Source: Eledone cirrhosa (taxonomy: Eukaryota). Taken from it: a stretch of 64,000 bases of DNA. The stretch covers positions 422,158,001 through 422,222,000 of the forward strand of contig OZ024740.1 of assembly GCA_964016885.1 (NCBI GenBank), read 5' to 3'. A model generated the notes under the pieces. The model worked only from the letters and a program-made list of their open reading frames with translations, was not told the DNA's origin and did not search any database. A program made the translations under genes and the position numbers. Below, one piece after another: positions 37,701 to 50,800 of the stretch (position 1 is the first letter of the stretch; each line of letters begins with the position of its first letter).

Positions 37701-40700
37701 TGCCCTAAGGTAGCAGGTTTCTAGTTCAGTGTTATTTTGTAAGAGTTACTGACTCATTATCTGCCCTAAGGTAGCAGGTTTCTAGTTTAGTGTTGTTATG
37801 TAAGAGTTACTATCTCAATACCTGCCCTAAGGTGGAAGGTTTCTAGTTCAGTGTAATTTTGTTAGAGTTACTGCCTCAATATCTGCCCTAAGGTAGCAGG
37901 TTTCTAGTTCAGTGTAATTTTGTAAGAGTTACTGCCTCAATATCTGCCCTAAGGTAGCAGATTTCTAGTTCAGTGTTGTTTTGTAAGAGTTACTGACTCA
38001 TTATCTGCCCTAAGGTAGCAGGTTTCTAGTTCAGTGTAGTTTTGTAAGAGTTACTGTCTCAATATCTGCCCTAAGGTAGCAGGTTTCTAGTTCAGTGTAA
38101 TTTTGTAAGAGTTACTGCTTCAATATCTGCCCTAAAGTAGCAGGTTTCTACTTCAGAGTTGTTTTGTAAGAATTACTGTCTCAATATCTGCCCTAAGGTA
38201 GCAGGTTTCTAGTTCAGTGTGGTTTTGTAAGAGTTACTGTCTCAATATCTGCCCTAAGACAGCAGGTTTCCAGTTCAGTGTTGTTTTATGAGAGTTACTG
38301 CCTCAATATCTGCCCTAAGGAAGAAGGTTTCTAGTTCAGTGTAATTTTGTAAGAGTTACTGCCTCAATATCTGTCCTAAGGTAGCAGGTTTCTAGTTCAG
38401 AGTAATTTTGTAAGAGTTACTGCCTCAATATCTGCCCTAAGGTAGCAGGTTTCTAGTTCAGTGTTGTTTTGTAAGAGTTACTGCCTCAATATCTGCCCTA
38501 ACGTAGCAGGTTTCTACTTCAGTGTTGTTTTGTAAGAGTTACTGCCTCAATGTCTGCCCTAAGGTAGCAGGTTTCTAGTTCAGTGTAATTTTGTAAGAGT
38601 TACTATCTCAATATCTGCCCTAAGGTAGCAGGTTTCTAGTTCAGTGTAATTTTGTAAGAGTTACTGCCTCAATATCTGCCCTAAGGTAGCAGGTTTCTAG
38701 TTCAGTGTTATTTTGTAAGAGTTACTGACTCATTATCTGCCCTAAGGTAGCAGGTTTCTAGTTCAGTGTAATTTTGTAAGAGTTACTGTCTCAATATCTG
38801 CTCTAAGGTAGCAGGTTTCTAGTTCAGTGTTGTTTTGTAAGAGTTACTGACTCATTATCTGCCCTAAGGTAGCAGGTTTCTAGTTCAGTGTAGTTTTGTA
38901 AGAGTTACTGTCTCAATATCTGCCCTAAGGTAGCAGGTTTCTAGTTCAGTGTAATTTTGTAAGAGTTACTGCTTCAATATCTGCCCTAAAGTAGCAGGTT
39001 TCTACTTCAGAGTTGTTTTGTAAGAATTACTGTCTCAATATCTGCCCTAAGGTAGCAGGTTTCTACTTCAGTGTTGTTTTGTAAGAGTTACTGCATCAAT
39101 ATCTGCCCTAAGACAGCAGGTTTCTAGTTCAGTGTTGTTTAATGAGAGTTACTGTCTCAATATCTGCCCTAAGGTAGCAGGTTTCTCGTTTAGTGTAATT
39201 TTGTAAGAGTTACTGCATCAATATCTGTCCTAAGGTAGCAGGTTTCTAGTTCAGAGTAATTTTGTAAGAGTTACTGCCTCAATATCTGCCCTAAGGTAGC
39301 AGGTTTCTAGTTCAGTGTTGTTTTGTAAGAGTTACTGCCTCAATATCTGCCCTAAGGTAGCAGGTTTCTAGTTCAGTGTAATTTTGTAAGAGTTACTGCC
39401 TCAATATCTGCCCTAACGTAGCAGGATTCTAGTTCAGTGTTGTTTTGTAAGAGTTACTGCCTCAATATTTGCCATAAGGTAGCAGGTTTCTAGTTCACTG
39501 TTGTTTTGTAAGAGTTATTGTCCCAATATCTGCCCTAAGACAGCAGGTTTCTAGTTCAGTGTTGTTATGTAAGAGTTATTGCATCAATATCTGCCCTAAC
39601 GTAGCAGGTTTCTACTTCAGTGTTGTTTAGTAAGAGTTATTGTCTCAATATCTGCCCTAAGGCAGCAGGTTTCTAGTTCAGTGTTGTTATGTAAGAGTTA
39701 CTGCATCAATATCTGCCCTAAGGTAGCAGGTTTCTAGTTCACTGTAATTTTGTAAGAGTTACTGCATCAATATCTGCCCTAAGGTAGCAGGTTTCTAGTT
39801 CAGTGTGGTTTTGTAAGAGTTACTGTCTCAATATTTGCCATAATGTAGCAGGTTTCTAGTTCAGTGTTGTTTTGTAAGTGTTACTGCCTCAATATCTGCC
39901 CTAATGTAGCAGGTTTCTAGTTCAGTGTTGTTTTGTAAGAGTTACTGCCTCAATATCTGCCCTAACGTAGCAGGTTTCTAGGTCAGTGTTGTTTTGTTAT
40001 AGTTACTGCCTCAATATCTGCCCTAAGGTAGCAGGTTTCTAGTCAGTGTTGCTTTGTAAGAGTTACTGCCTCAATATCTGCCCTACGGTATCAGGTTTCT
40101 ACTTCAGTGTAGTTTTGTAAGAGTTACTGTCCCAATATCTGCCCGAAGGTAGCAGGTTTCTAGTTTAGTGTAATTTTGTAAGAGTTACTGCATCAATATC
40201 TGCCCTAAGACAGCAGGTTTCTATTTCACTGTAATTTTGTAAGAGTTACTGTCTCAATATCTGCCCTAAGGTAGCAGGTTTCTAGTCAGTGTTGCTTTGT
40301 AAGAGTTACTGCCTCAATATCTGCCCTACGGTATCAGGTTTCTACTTCAGTGTAGTTTTGTAAGAGTTACTGTCCCAATATCTGCCCGAAGGTAGCAGGT
40401 TTCTAGTTCAGTGTAATTTTGTAAGAGTTACTGCTTCAATATCTGCCCTAAAGTAGCAGGTTTCTACTTCAGAGTTGTTTTGTAAGAATTACTGTCTCAA
40501 TATCTGCCCTAAGGTAGCAGGTTTCTAGTTCAGTGTGGTTTTGTAAGAGTTACTGTCTCAATATCTGCCCTGAGACAGCAGGTTTCCAGTTCAGTGTTGT
40601 TTTATGAGAGTTACTGCCTCAATATCTGCCCTAAGGAAGAAGGTTTCTAGTTCAGTGTTGTTATGTAAGAGTTACTGCATCAATATCTGCCCTAACGTAG

Positions 40701-41425
40701 CAGGTTTCTACTTCAGTGTTGTTTTGTAAGAGTTACTGCCTCAATGTCTGCCCTAAGGTAGCAGGTTTCTAGTTCAGTGTAATTTTGTAAGAGTTACTAT
40801 CTCAATATCTGCCCTAAGGTAGCAGGTTTCTAGTTCAGTGTAATTTTGTAAGAGTTACTGCCTCAATATCTGCCCTAAGGTAGCAGGTTTCTAGTTCAGT
40901 GTTATTTTGTAAGAGTTACTGACTCATTATCTGCCCTAAGGTAGCAGGTTTCTAGTTTAGTGTTGTTATGTAAGAGTTACTATCTCAATACCTGCCCTAA
41001 GGTGGAAGGTTTCTAGTTCAGTGTAATTTTGTTAGAGTTACTGCCTCAATATCTGCCCTAAGGTAGCAGGTTTCTAGTTCAGTGTAATTTTGTAAGAGTT
41101 ACTGCCTCAATATCTGCCCTAAGGTAGCAGATTTCTAGTTCAGTGTTGTTTTGTAAGAGTTACTGACTCATTATCTGCCCTAAGGTAGCAGGTTTCTAGT
41201 TCAGTGTAGTTTTGTAAGAGTTACTGTCTCAATATCTGCCCTAAGGTAGCAGGTTTCTAGTTCAGTGTAATTTTGTAAGAGTTACTGCTTCAATATCTGC
41301 CCTAAAGTAGCAGGTTTCTACTTCAGAGTTGTTTTGTAAGAATTACTGTCTCAATATCTGCCCTAAGGTAGCAGGTTTCTAGTTCAGTGTGGTTTTGTAA
41401 GAGTTACTGTCTCAATATCTGCCCT
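34792..41425. repeat. Near-perfect tandem duplication of a 52-monomer (3,170-bp) block
   Basis: Rare variants paired at offset 3170: GCAGGATTCT 36251/39421, GGTCAG 36811/39981, GTTAGAG 37861/41031, ATTTCTAG 37961/41131, and 60-bp monomers 36872/40042 and 37115/40285. Confidence 0.9.
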
Positions 41426-41887
41426 GAGACAGCAGGTTTCTAGTTCAGTGTTGTTTTATGAGAGTTACTGCCTCAATATCTGCCCTAAGGTAGCAGGTTT
41501 CTAGTTCAGTGTTGTTTTGTAACAGTTACTGTCTCAATATCTGCCCTAAGACAGCAGGTTTCTAGTTCAGTGTTGTTTTTTGAGACTTACTGTCCCAATA
41601 TCTGCCCTAAGGTAGCAGGTTTCTCGTTCAGTGTTGTTATGTAAGAGTTACTGCATCAATATCTGCCCTAAGGTAGCAGGTTTCTAGTTCAGTGTAATTT
41701 TGTAACAGTTACTGCCTCAATATCTGCCCTAAGGTAGAAGGTTTCTAGTTCAATGTAATTTTGTAAGAGTTACTGCCTCAATATCTGCCCTAAGGTAGCA
41801 GGTTTCTAGTTCAGTGTAATTTTGTAAGAGTTACTGTCTCAATATCTGCCCTAAGGTAGCAGGTTTCTAGTTCAGTGTTGTTTTGTA
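41156..41887. repeat. Example of the 12-monomer (732-bp) higher-order module A
   Basis: Fixed variant order: GACTCATT / GTCT / GCTT..TAAAG..CTACTTCAGAG / AATT..GTGG / CTGAGAC..ATG / ..AAC / AGAC..TTTTTTGAGAC / GTCCC..TCTCG / GCAT..AAC / GAAGG..CAAT / GCCT / GTCT. GAC-CATT markers lie 732 bp apart (41165 to 41897; 42202 to 42934). Confidence 0.85.
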
Positions 41888-44800
41888 AGAGTTACTGACC
41901 CATTATCTGCCCTAAGGTAGCAGGTTTCTAGTTCAGTGTAGTTTTGTAAGAGTTACTGTCTCAATATCTGCCCTAAGGTAGCAGGTTTCTAGTTCAGTGT
42001 AATTTTGTAAGAGTTACTGCTTCAATATCTGCCCTAAAGTAGCAGGTTTCTACTTCAGAGTTGTTTTGTAAGAATTACTGTCTCAATATCTGCCCTAAGG
42101 TAGCAGGTTTCTAGTTCAGTGTGGTTTTGTAAGAGTTACTGCCTCAATATCTGCCCTAAGGTAGCAGGTTTCTAGTTCAGTGTTGTTTTGTAAGAGTTAC
42201 TGACTCATTATCTGCCCTAAGGTAGCAGGTTTCTAGTGCAGTGTAGTTTTGTAAGAGTTACTGTCTCAATATCTGCCCTAAGGTAGCAGGTTTCTAGTTC
42301 AGTGTAATTTTGTAAGAGTTACTGCTTCAATATCTGCCCTAAAGTAGCAGGTTTCTACTTCAGAGTTGTTTTGTAAGAATTACTGTCTCAATATCTGCCC
42401 TAAGGTAGCAGGTTTCTAGTTCAGTGTGGTTTTGTAAGAGTTACTGTCTCAATATCTGCCCTGAGACAGCAGGTTTCTAGTTCAGTGTTGTTTTATGAGA
42501 GTTACTGCCTCAATATCTGCCCTAAGGTAGCAGGTTTCTAGTTCAGTGTTGTTTTGTAACAGTTACTGTCTCAATATCTGCCCTAAGACAGCAGGTTTCT
42601 AGTTCAGTGTTGTTTTTTGAGACTTACTGTCCCAATATCTGCCCTAAGGTAGCAGGTTTCTCGTTCAGTGTTGTTATGTAAGAGTTACTGCATCAATATC
42701 TGCCCTAAGGTAGCAGGTTTCTAGTTCAGTGTAATTTTGTAACAGTTACTGCCTCAATATCTGCCCTAAGGTAGAAGGTTTCTAGTTCAATGTAATTTTG
42801 TAAGAGTTACTGCCTCAATATCTGCCCTAAGGTAGCAGGTTTCTAGTTCAGTGTAATTTTGTAAGAGTTACTGTCTCAATATCTGCCCTAAGGTAGCAGG
42901 TTTCTAGTTCAGTGTTGTTTTGTAAGAGTTACTGACCCATTATCTGCCCTAAGGTAGCAGGTTTCTAGTTCAGTGTAGTTTTGTAAGAGTTACTGTCTCA
43001 ATATCTGCCCTAAGGTAGCAGGTTTCTAGTTCAGTGTAATTTTGTAAGAGTTACTACTTCAATATCTGCCCTAAAGTAGCAGGTTTCTACTTCAGAGTTG
43101 TTTTGTAAGAATTACTGTCTCAATATCTGCCCTAAGGTAGCAGGTTTCTAGTTCAGTGTGGTTTTGTAAGAGTTACTGTCTCAATATCTGCCCTGAGACA
43201 GAAGGTTTCTAGTTCAGTGTTGTTTTATGAGAGTTACTGCCTCAATATCTGCCCTAATGTAGCAGGTTGCTAGTTCAGTGTTGTTTTGTAACAGTTACTG
43301 TCTCAATATCTGCCCTAAGACAGCAGGTTTCTAGTTCAGTGTTGTTTTTTGAGACATACTGTCCCAATATCTGCCCTAAGGTAGCAGGTTTCTCGTTCAG
43401 TGTTGTTATGTAAGAGTTACTGCATCAATATCTGCCCTAAGGTAGCAGGTTTCTAGTTCAGTGTAATTTTGTAACAGTTACTGCCTCAATATCTGCCCTA
43501 ATGTAGAAGGTTTCTAGTTCAATGTAATTTTGTAAGAGTTACTGCCTCAATATCTGCCCTAAGGTAGCAGGTTTCTAGTTCAGTGTAATTTTGTAAGAGT
43601 TACTGTCTCAATATCTGCCCTAAGGTAGCAGGTTTCTAGTTCAGTGTTGTTTTGTAAGAGTTACTGACTCATTATCTGCCCTAAGGTAGCAGGTTTCTAG
43701 TTCAGTGTAGTTTTGTAAGAGTTACTGTCTCAATATCTGCCCTAAGGTAGCAGGTTTCTAGTTCAGTGTAATTTTGTAAGAGTTACTGCTTCAATATCTG
43801 CCCTAAAGTAGCAGGTTTCTACTTCAGAGTTGTTTTGTAAGAATTACTGTCTCAATATCTGCCCTAAGGTAGCAGGTTTCTAGTTCAGTGTGGTTTTGTA
43901 AGAGTTACTGTCTCAATATCTGCCCTGAGACAGCAGGTTTCCAGTTCAGTGTTGTTTTATGAGAGTTACTGCCTCAATATCTGCCCTAAGGAAGAAGGTT
44001 TCTAGTTCAGTGTTGTTATGTAAGAGTTACTGCATCAATATCTGCCCTAACGTAGCAGGTTTCTACTTCAGTGTTGTTTTGTAAGACTTACTGCCTCAAT
44101 GTCTGCCCTAAGGTAGCAGGTTTCTAGTTCAGTGTAATTTTGTAAGAGTTACTATCTCAATATCTGCCCTAAGGTAGCAGGTTTCTAGTTCAGTGTTGTT
44201 TTGTAACAGTTACTGTCTCAATATCTGCCCTAAGACAGCAGGTTTCTAGTTCAGTGTTGTTTTTTGAGACTTACTGTCCCAATATCTGCCCTAAGGTAGC
44301 AGGTTTCTCGTTCAGTGTTGTTATGTAAGAGTTACTGCATCAATATCTGCCCTAAGGTAGCAGGTTTCTAGTTCAGTGTAATTTTGTAACAGTTACTGCC
44401 TCAATATCTGCCCTAAGGTAGAAGGTTTCTAGTTCAATGTAATTTTGTAAGAGTTACTGCCTCAATATCTGCCCTAAGGTAGCAGGTTTCTAGTTCAGTG
44501 TAATTTTGTAAGAGTTACTGTCTCAATATCTGCCCTAAGGTAGCAGGTTTCTAGTTCAGTGTTGTTTTGTAAGAGTTACTGACCCATTATCTGCCCTAAG
44601 GTAGCAGGTTTCTAGTTCAGTGTAGTTTTGTAAGAGTTACTGTCTCAATATCTGCCCTAAGGTAGCAGGTTTCTAGTTCAGTGTAATTTTGTAAGAGTTA
44701 CTGCTTCAATATCTGCCCTAAAGTAGCAGGTTTCTACTTCAGAGTTGTTTTGTAAGAATTACTGTCTCAATATCTGCCCTAAGGTAGCAGGTTTCTAGTT

Positions 44801-47800
44801 CAGTGTGGTTTTGTAAGAGTTACTGCCTCAATATCTGCCCTAAGGTAGCAGGTTTCTAGTTCAGTGTTGTTTTGTAAGAGTTACTGACTCATTATCTGCC
44901 CTAAGGTAGCAGGTTTCTAGTGCAGTGTAGTTTTGTAAGAGTTACTGTCTCAATATCTGCCCTAAGGTAGCAGGTTTCTAGTTCAGTGTAATTTTGTAAG
45001 AGTTACTGCTTCAATATCTGCCCTAAAGTAGCAGGTTTCTACTTCAGAGTTGTTTTGTAAGAATTACTGTCTCAATATCTGCCCTAAGGTAGCAGGTTTC
45101 TAGTTCAGTGTGGTTTTGTAAGAGTTACTGTCTCAATATCTGCCCTGAGACAGCAGGTTTCTAGTTCAGTGTTGTTTTATGAGAGTTACTGCCTCAATAT
45201 CTGCCCTAAGGTAGCAGGTTTCTAGTTCAGTGTTGTTTTGTAACAGTTACTGTCTCAATATCTGCCCTAAGACAGCAGGTTTCTAGTTCAGTGTTGTTTT
45301 TTGAGACTTACTGTCCCAATATCTGCCCTAAGGTAGCAGGTTTCTCGTTCAGTGTTGTTATGTAAGAGTTACTGCATCAATATCTGCCCTAAGGTAGCAG
45401 GTTTCTAGTTCAGTGTAATTTTGTAACAGTTACTGCCTCAATATCTGCCCTAAGGTAGAAGGTTTCTAGTTCAATGTAATTTTGTAAGAGTTACTGCCTC
45501 AATATCTGCCCTAAGGTAGCAGGTTTCTAGTTCAGTGTAATTTTGTAAGAGTTACTGTCTCAATATCTGCCCTAAGGTAGCAGGTTTCTAGTTCAGTGTT
45601 GTTTTGTAAGAGTTACTGACCCATTATCTGCCCTAAGGTAGCAGGTTTCTAGTTCAGTGTAGTTTTGTAAGAGTTACTGTCTCAATATCTGCCCTAAGGT
45701 AGCAGGTTTCTAGTTCAGTGTAATTTTGTAAGAGTTACTACTTCAATATCTGCCCTAAAGTAGCAGGTTTCTACTTCAGAGTTGTTTTGTAAGAATTACT
45801 GTCTCAATATCTGCCCTAAGGTAGCAGGTTTCTAGTTCAGTGTGGTTTTGTAAGAGTTACTGTCTCAATATCTGCCCTGAGACAGAAGGTTTCTAGTTCA
45901 GTGTTGTTTTATGAGAGTTACTGCCTCAATATCTGCCCTAATGTAGCAGGTTGCTAGTTCAGTGTTGTTTTGTAACAGTTACTGTCTCAATATCTGCCCT
46001 AAGACAGCAGGTTTCTAGTTCAGTGTTGTTTTTTGAGACATACTGTCCCAATATCTGCCCTAAGGTAGCAGGTTTCTCGTTCAGTGTTGTTATGTAAGAG
46101 TTACTGCATCAATATCTGCCCTAAGGTAGCAGGTTTCTAGTTCAGTGTAATTTTGTAACAGTTACTGCCTCAATATCTGCCCTAATGTAGAAGGTTTCTA
46201 GTTCAATGTAATTTTGTAAGAGTTACTGCCTCAATATCTGCCCTAAGGTAGCAGGTTTCTAGTTCAGTGTAATTTTGTAAGAGTTACTGTCTCAATATCT
46301 GCCCTAAGGTAGCAGGTTTCTAGTTCAGTGTTGTTTTGTAAGAGTTACTGACTCATTATCTGCCCTAAGGTAGCAGGTTTCTAGTTCAGTGTAGTTTTGT
46401 AAGAGTTACTGTCTCAATATCTGCCCTAAGGTAGCAGGTTTCTAGTTCAGTGTAATTTTGTAAGAGTTACTGCTTCAATATCTGCCCTAAAGTAGCAGGT
46501 TTCTACTTCAGAGTTGTTTTGTAAGAATTACTGTCTCAATATCTGCCCTAAGGTAGCAGGTTTCTAGTTCAGTGTGGTTTTGTAAGAGTTACTGTCTCAA
46601 TATCTGCCCTGAGACAGCAGGTTTCCAGTTCAGTGTTGTTTTATGAGAGTTACTGCCTCAATATCTGCCCTAAGGAAGAAGGTTTCTAGTTCAGTGTTGT
46701 TATGTAAGAGTTACTGCATCAATATCTGCCCTAACGTAGCAGGTTTCTACTTCAGTGTTGTTTTGTAAGACTTACTGCCTCAATGTCTGCCCTAAGGTAG
46801 CAGGTTTCTAGTTCAGTGTAATTTTGTAAGAGTTACTATCTCAATATCTGCCCTAAGGTAGCAGGTTTCTAGTTCAGTGTTGTTTTGTAACAGTTACTGT
46901 CTCAATATCTGCCCTAAGACAGCAGGTTTCTAGTTCAGTGTTGTTTTTTGAGACTTACTGTCCCAATATCTGCCCTAAGGTAGCAGGTTTCTCGTTCAGT
47001 GTTGTTATGTAAGAGTTACTGCATCAATATCTGCCCTAAGGTAGCAGGTTTCTAGTTCAGTGTAATTTTGTAACAGTTACTGCCTCAATATCTGCCCTAA
47101 GGTAGAAGGTTTCTAGTTCAATGTAATTTTGTAAGAGTTACTGCCTCAATATCTGCCCTAAGGTAGCAGGTTTCTAGTTCAGTGTAATTTTGTAAGAGTT
47201 ACTGTCTCAATATCTGCCCTAAGGTAGCAGGTTTCTAGTTCAGTGTTGTTTTGTAAGAGTTACTGACCCATTATCTGCCCTAAGGTAGCAGGTTTCTAGT
47301 TCAGTGTAGTTTTGTAAGAGTTACTGTCTCAATATCTGCCCTAAGGTAGCAGGTTTCTAGTTCAGTGTAATTTTGTAAGAGTTACTGCTTCAATATCTGC
47401 CCTAAAGTAGCAGGTTTCTACTTCAGAGTTGTTTTGTAAGAATTACTGTCTCAATATCTGCCCTAAGGTAGCAGGTTTCTAGTTCAGTGTGGTTTTGTAA
47501 AAGGTAGCAGGTTTCTAGTTCAGTGTGGTTTTGTAAGAGTTACTGCCTCAATATCTGCCCTAAGGTAGCAGGTTTCTAGTTCAGTGTTGTTTTGTAAGAG
47601 TTACTGACTCATTATCTGCCCTAAGGTAGCAGGTTTCTAGTGCAGTGTAGTTTTGTAAGAGTTACTGTCTCAATATCTGCCCTAAGGTAGCAGGTTTCTA
47701 GTTCAGTGTAATTTTGTAAGAGTTACTGCTTCAATATCTGCCCTAAAGTAGCAGGTTTCTACTTCAGAGTTGTTTTGTAAGAATTACTGTCTCAATATCT

Positions 47801-47881
47801 GCCCTAAGGTAGCAGGTTTCTAGTTCAGTGTGGTTTTGTAAGAGTTACTGTCTCAATATCTGCCCTGAGACAGCAGGTTTC
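41473..47881. repeat. Tandem duplication of a 44-monomer (2,684-bp) block, about 2.4 copies
   Basis: Rare variants at offset 2684: TGCAG 42237/44921, TTACTACTTC 43051/45735, AGCAGGTTGC 43261/45945, GAGACATAC 43351/46035, GTAAGACTTAC 44081/46765. Confidence 0.9.
47465..47536. repeat. Perfect 36-bp sub-monomer tandem duplication
   Basis: AAGGTAGCAGGTTTCTAGTTCAGTGTGGTTTTGTAA occurs at 47465-47500 and again at 47501-47536. Confidence 0.95.
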
Positions 47882-50800
47882 CAGTTCAGTGTTGTTTTAT
47901 GAGAGTTACTGCCTCAATATCTGCCCTAAGGAAGAAGGTTTCTAGTTCAGTGTTGTTATGTAAGAGTTACTGCATCAATATCTGCCCTAACGTAGCAGGT
48001 TTCTACTTCAGTGTTGTTTTGTAAGACTTACTGCCTCAATGTCTGCCCTAAGGTAGCAGGTTTCTAGTTCAGTGTAATTTTGTAAGAGTTACTATCTCAA
48101 TATCTGCCCTAAGGTAGCAGGTTTCTAGTTCAGTGTTGTTTTGTAACAGTTACTGTCTCAATATCTGCCCTAAGACAGCAGGTTTCTAGTTCAGTGTTGT
48201 TTTTTGAGACTTACTGTCCCAATATCTGCCCTAAGGTAGCAGGTTTCTCGTTCAGTGTTGTTATGTAAGAGTTACTGCATCAATATCTGCCCTAAGGTAG
48301 CAGGTTTCTAGTTCAGTGTAATTTTGTAACAGTTACTGCCTCAATATCTGCCCTAAGGTAGAAGGTTTCTAGTTCAATGTAATTTTGTAAGAGTTACTGC
48401 CTCAATATCTGCCCTAAGGTAGCAGGTTTCTAGTTCAGTGTAATTTTGTAAGAGTTACTGTCTCAATATCTGCCCTAAGGTAGCAGGTTTCTAGTTCAGT
48501 GTTGTTTTGTAAGAGTTACTGACCCATTATCTGCCCTAAGGTAGCAGGTTTCTAGTTCAGTGTAGTTTTGTAAGAGTTACTGTCTCAATATCTGCCCTAA
48601 GGTAGCAGGTTTCTAGTTCAGTGTAATTTTGTAAGAGTTACTGCTTCAATATCTGCCCTAAAGTAGCAGGTTTCTACTTCAGAGTTGTTTTGTAAGAATT
48701 ACTGTCTCAATATCTGCCCTAAGGTAGCAGGTTTCTAGTTCAGTGTGGTTTTGTAAGAGTTACTGCCTCAATATCTGCCCTAAGGTAGCAGATTTCTAGT
48801 TCAGTGTTGTTTTGTAAGAGTTACTGACTCATTATCTGCCCTAAGGTAGCAGGTTTCTAGTGCAGTGTAGTTTTGTAAGAGTTACTGTCTCAATATCTGC
48901 CCTAAGGTAGCAGGTTTCTAGTTCAGTGTAATTTTGTAAGAGTTACTGCTTCAATATCTGCCCTAAAGTAGCAGGTTTCTACTTCAGAGTTGTTTTGTAA
49001 GAATTACTGTCTCAATATCTGCCCTAAGGTAGCAGGTTTCTAGTTCAGTGTGGTTTTGTAAGAGTTACTGTCTCAATATCTGCCCTGAGACAGCAGGTTT
49101 CTAGTTCAGTGTTGTTTTATGAGAGTTACTGCCTCAATATCTGCCCTAAGGTAGCAGGTTTCTAGTTCAGTGTTGTTTTGTAACAGTTACTGTCTCAATA
49201 TCTGCCCTAAGACAGCAGGTTTCTAGTTCAGTGTTGTTTTTTGAGACTTACTGTCCCAATATCTGCCCTAAGGTAGCAGGTTTCTAGTTCAGTGTTGTTT
49301 TGTAAGAGTTACTGACCCATTATCTGCCCTAAGGTAGCAGGTTTCTAGTTCAGTGTATTTTTGTAAGAGTTACTGTCTCAATATCTGCCCTAAGGTAGCA
49401 AGTTTCTAGTTCAGTGTAATTTTGTAAGAGTTACTGCTTCAATATCTGCCCTAAAGTAGCAGGTTTCTACTTCAGAGTTGTTTTGTAAGAATTACTGTCT
49501 CAATATCTGCCCTAACGTAGCAGGTTTCTACTTCAGTGTTGTTTTGTAAGAGTTACTGCCTCAATGTCTGCCCTAAGGTAGCAGGTTTCTAGTTCAGTGT
49601 AATTTTGTAAGAGTTACTGCCTCAATATCTGCCCCAAGGTAGCAGGTTTCTAGTTCAGTGTTATTTTGTAAGAGTTACTGACTCATTATCTGCCCTAAGG
49701 TAGCAGGTTTCTAGTTCAGTGTAATTTTGTAAGAGTTACTGTCTCAATATCTGCCCTAAGGTAGCAGGTTTCTAGTTCAGTGTTGTTTTGTAAGAGTTAC
49801 TGACTCATTATCTGCCCTAAGGTAGCAGGTTTCTAGTTCAGTGTAGTTTTGTAAGAGTTACTGTCTCAATATCTGCCCTAAGGTAGCAGGTTTCTAGTTC
49901 AGTGTAATTTTGTAAGAGTTACTGCTTCAATATCTGCCCTAAAGTAGCAGGTTTCTACTTCAGAGTTGTTTTGTAAGAATTACTGTCTCAATATCTGCCC
50001 TAAGGTAGCAGGTTTCTACTTCAGTGTTGTTTTGTAAGAGTTACTGCATCAATATCTGCCCTAAGACAGCAGGTTTCTAGTTCAGTGTTGTTTTATGAGA
50101 GTTACTGTCTCAATATCTGCCCTAAGGTAGCAGGTTTCTCGTTCAGTGTAATTTTGTAAGAGTTACTGCATCAATATCTGTCCTAAGGTAGCAGGTTTCT
50201 AGTTCAGAGTAATTTTGTAAGAGTTACTGCCTCAATATCTGCCCTAAGGTAGCAGGTTTCTAGTTCAGTGTTGTTTTGTAAGAGTTACTGCCTCAATATC
50301 TGCCCTAAGGTAGCAGGTTTCTAGTTCAGTGTAATTTTGTAAGAGTTACTGCCTCAATATCTGCCCTAACGTAGCAGGTTTCTAGTTCAGTGTTGTTTTG
50401 TAAGAGTTACTGCCTCAATATTTGCCATAAGGTAGCAGGTTTCTAGTTCAGTGTTGTTTTGTAACAGTTACTGTCTCAATATCTGCCCTAAGACAGCAGG
50501 TTTCTAGTTCAGTGTTGTTTTTTGAGACTTACTGTCCCAATATCTGCCCTAAGGTAGCAGGTTTCTCGTTCAGTGTTGTTATGTAAGAGTTACTGCATCA
50601 ATATCTGCCCTAAGGTAGCAGGTTTCTAGTTCAGTGTAATTTTGTAACAGTTACTGCCTCAACATCTGCCCTAAGGTAGAAGGTTTCTAGTTCAATGTAA
50701 TTTTGTAAGAGTTACTGCCTCAATATCTGCCCTAAGGTAGCAGGTTTCTAGTTAAGTGTAATTTTGCAAGAGTTACTGTCTCAATATCTGCCCTAAGGTA

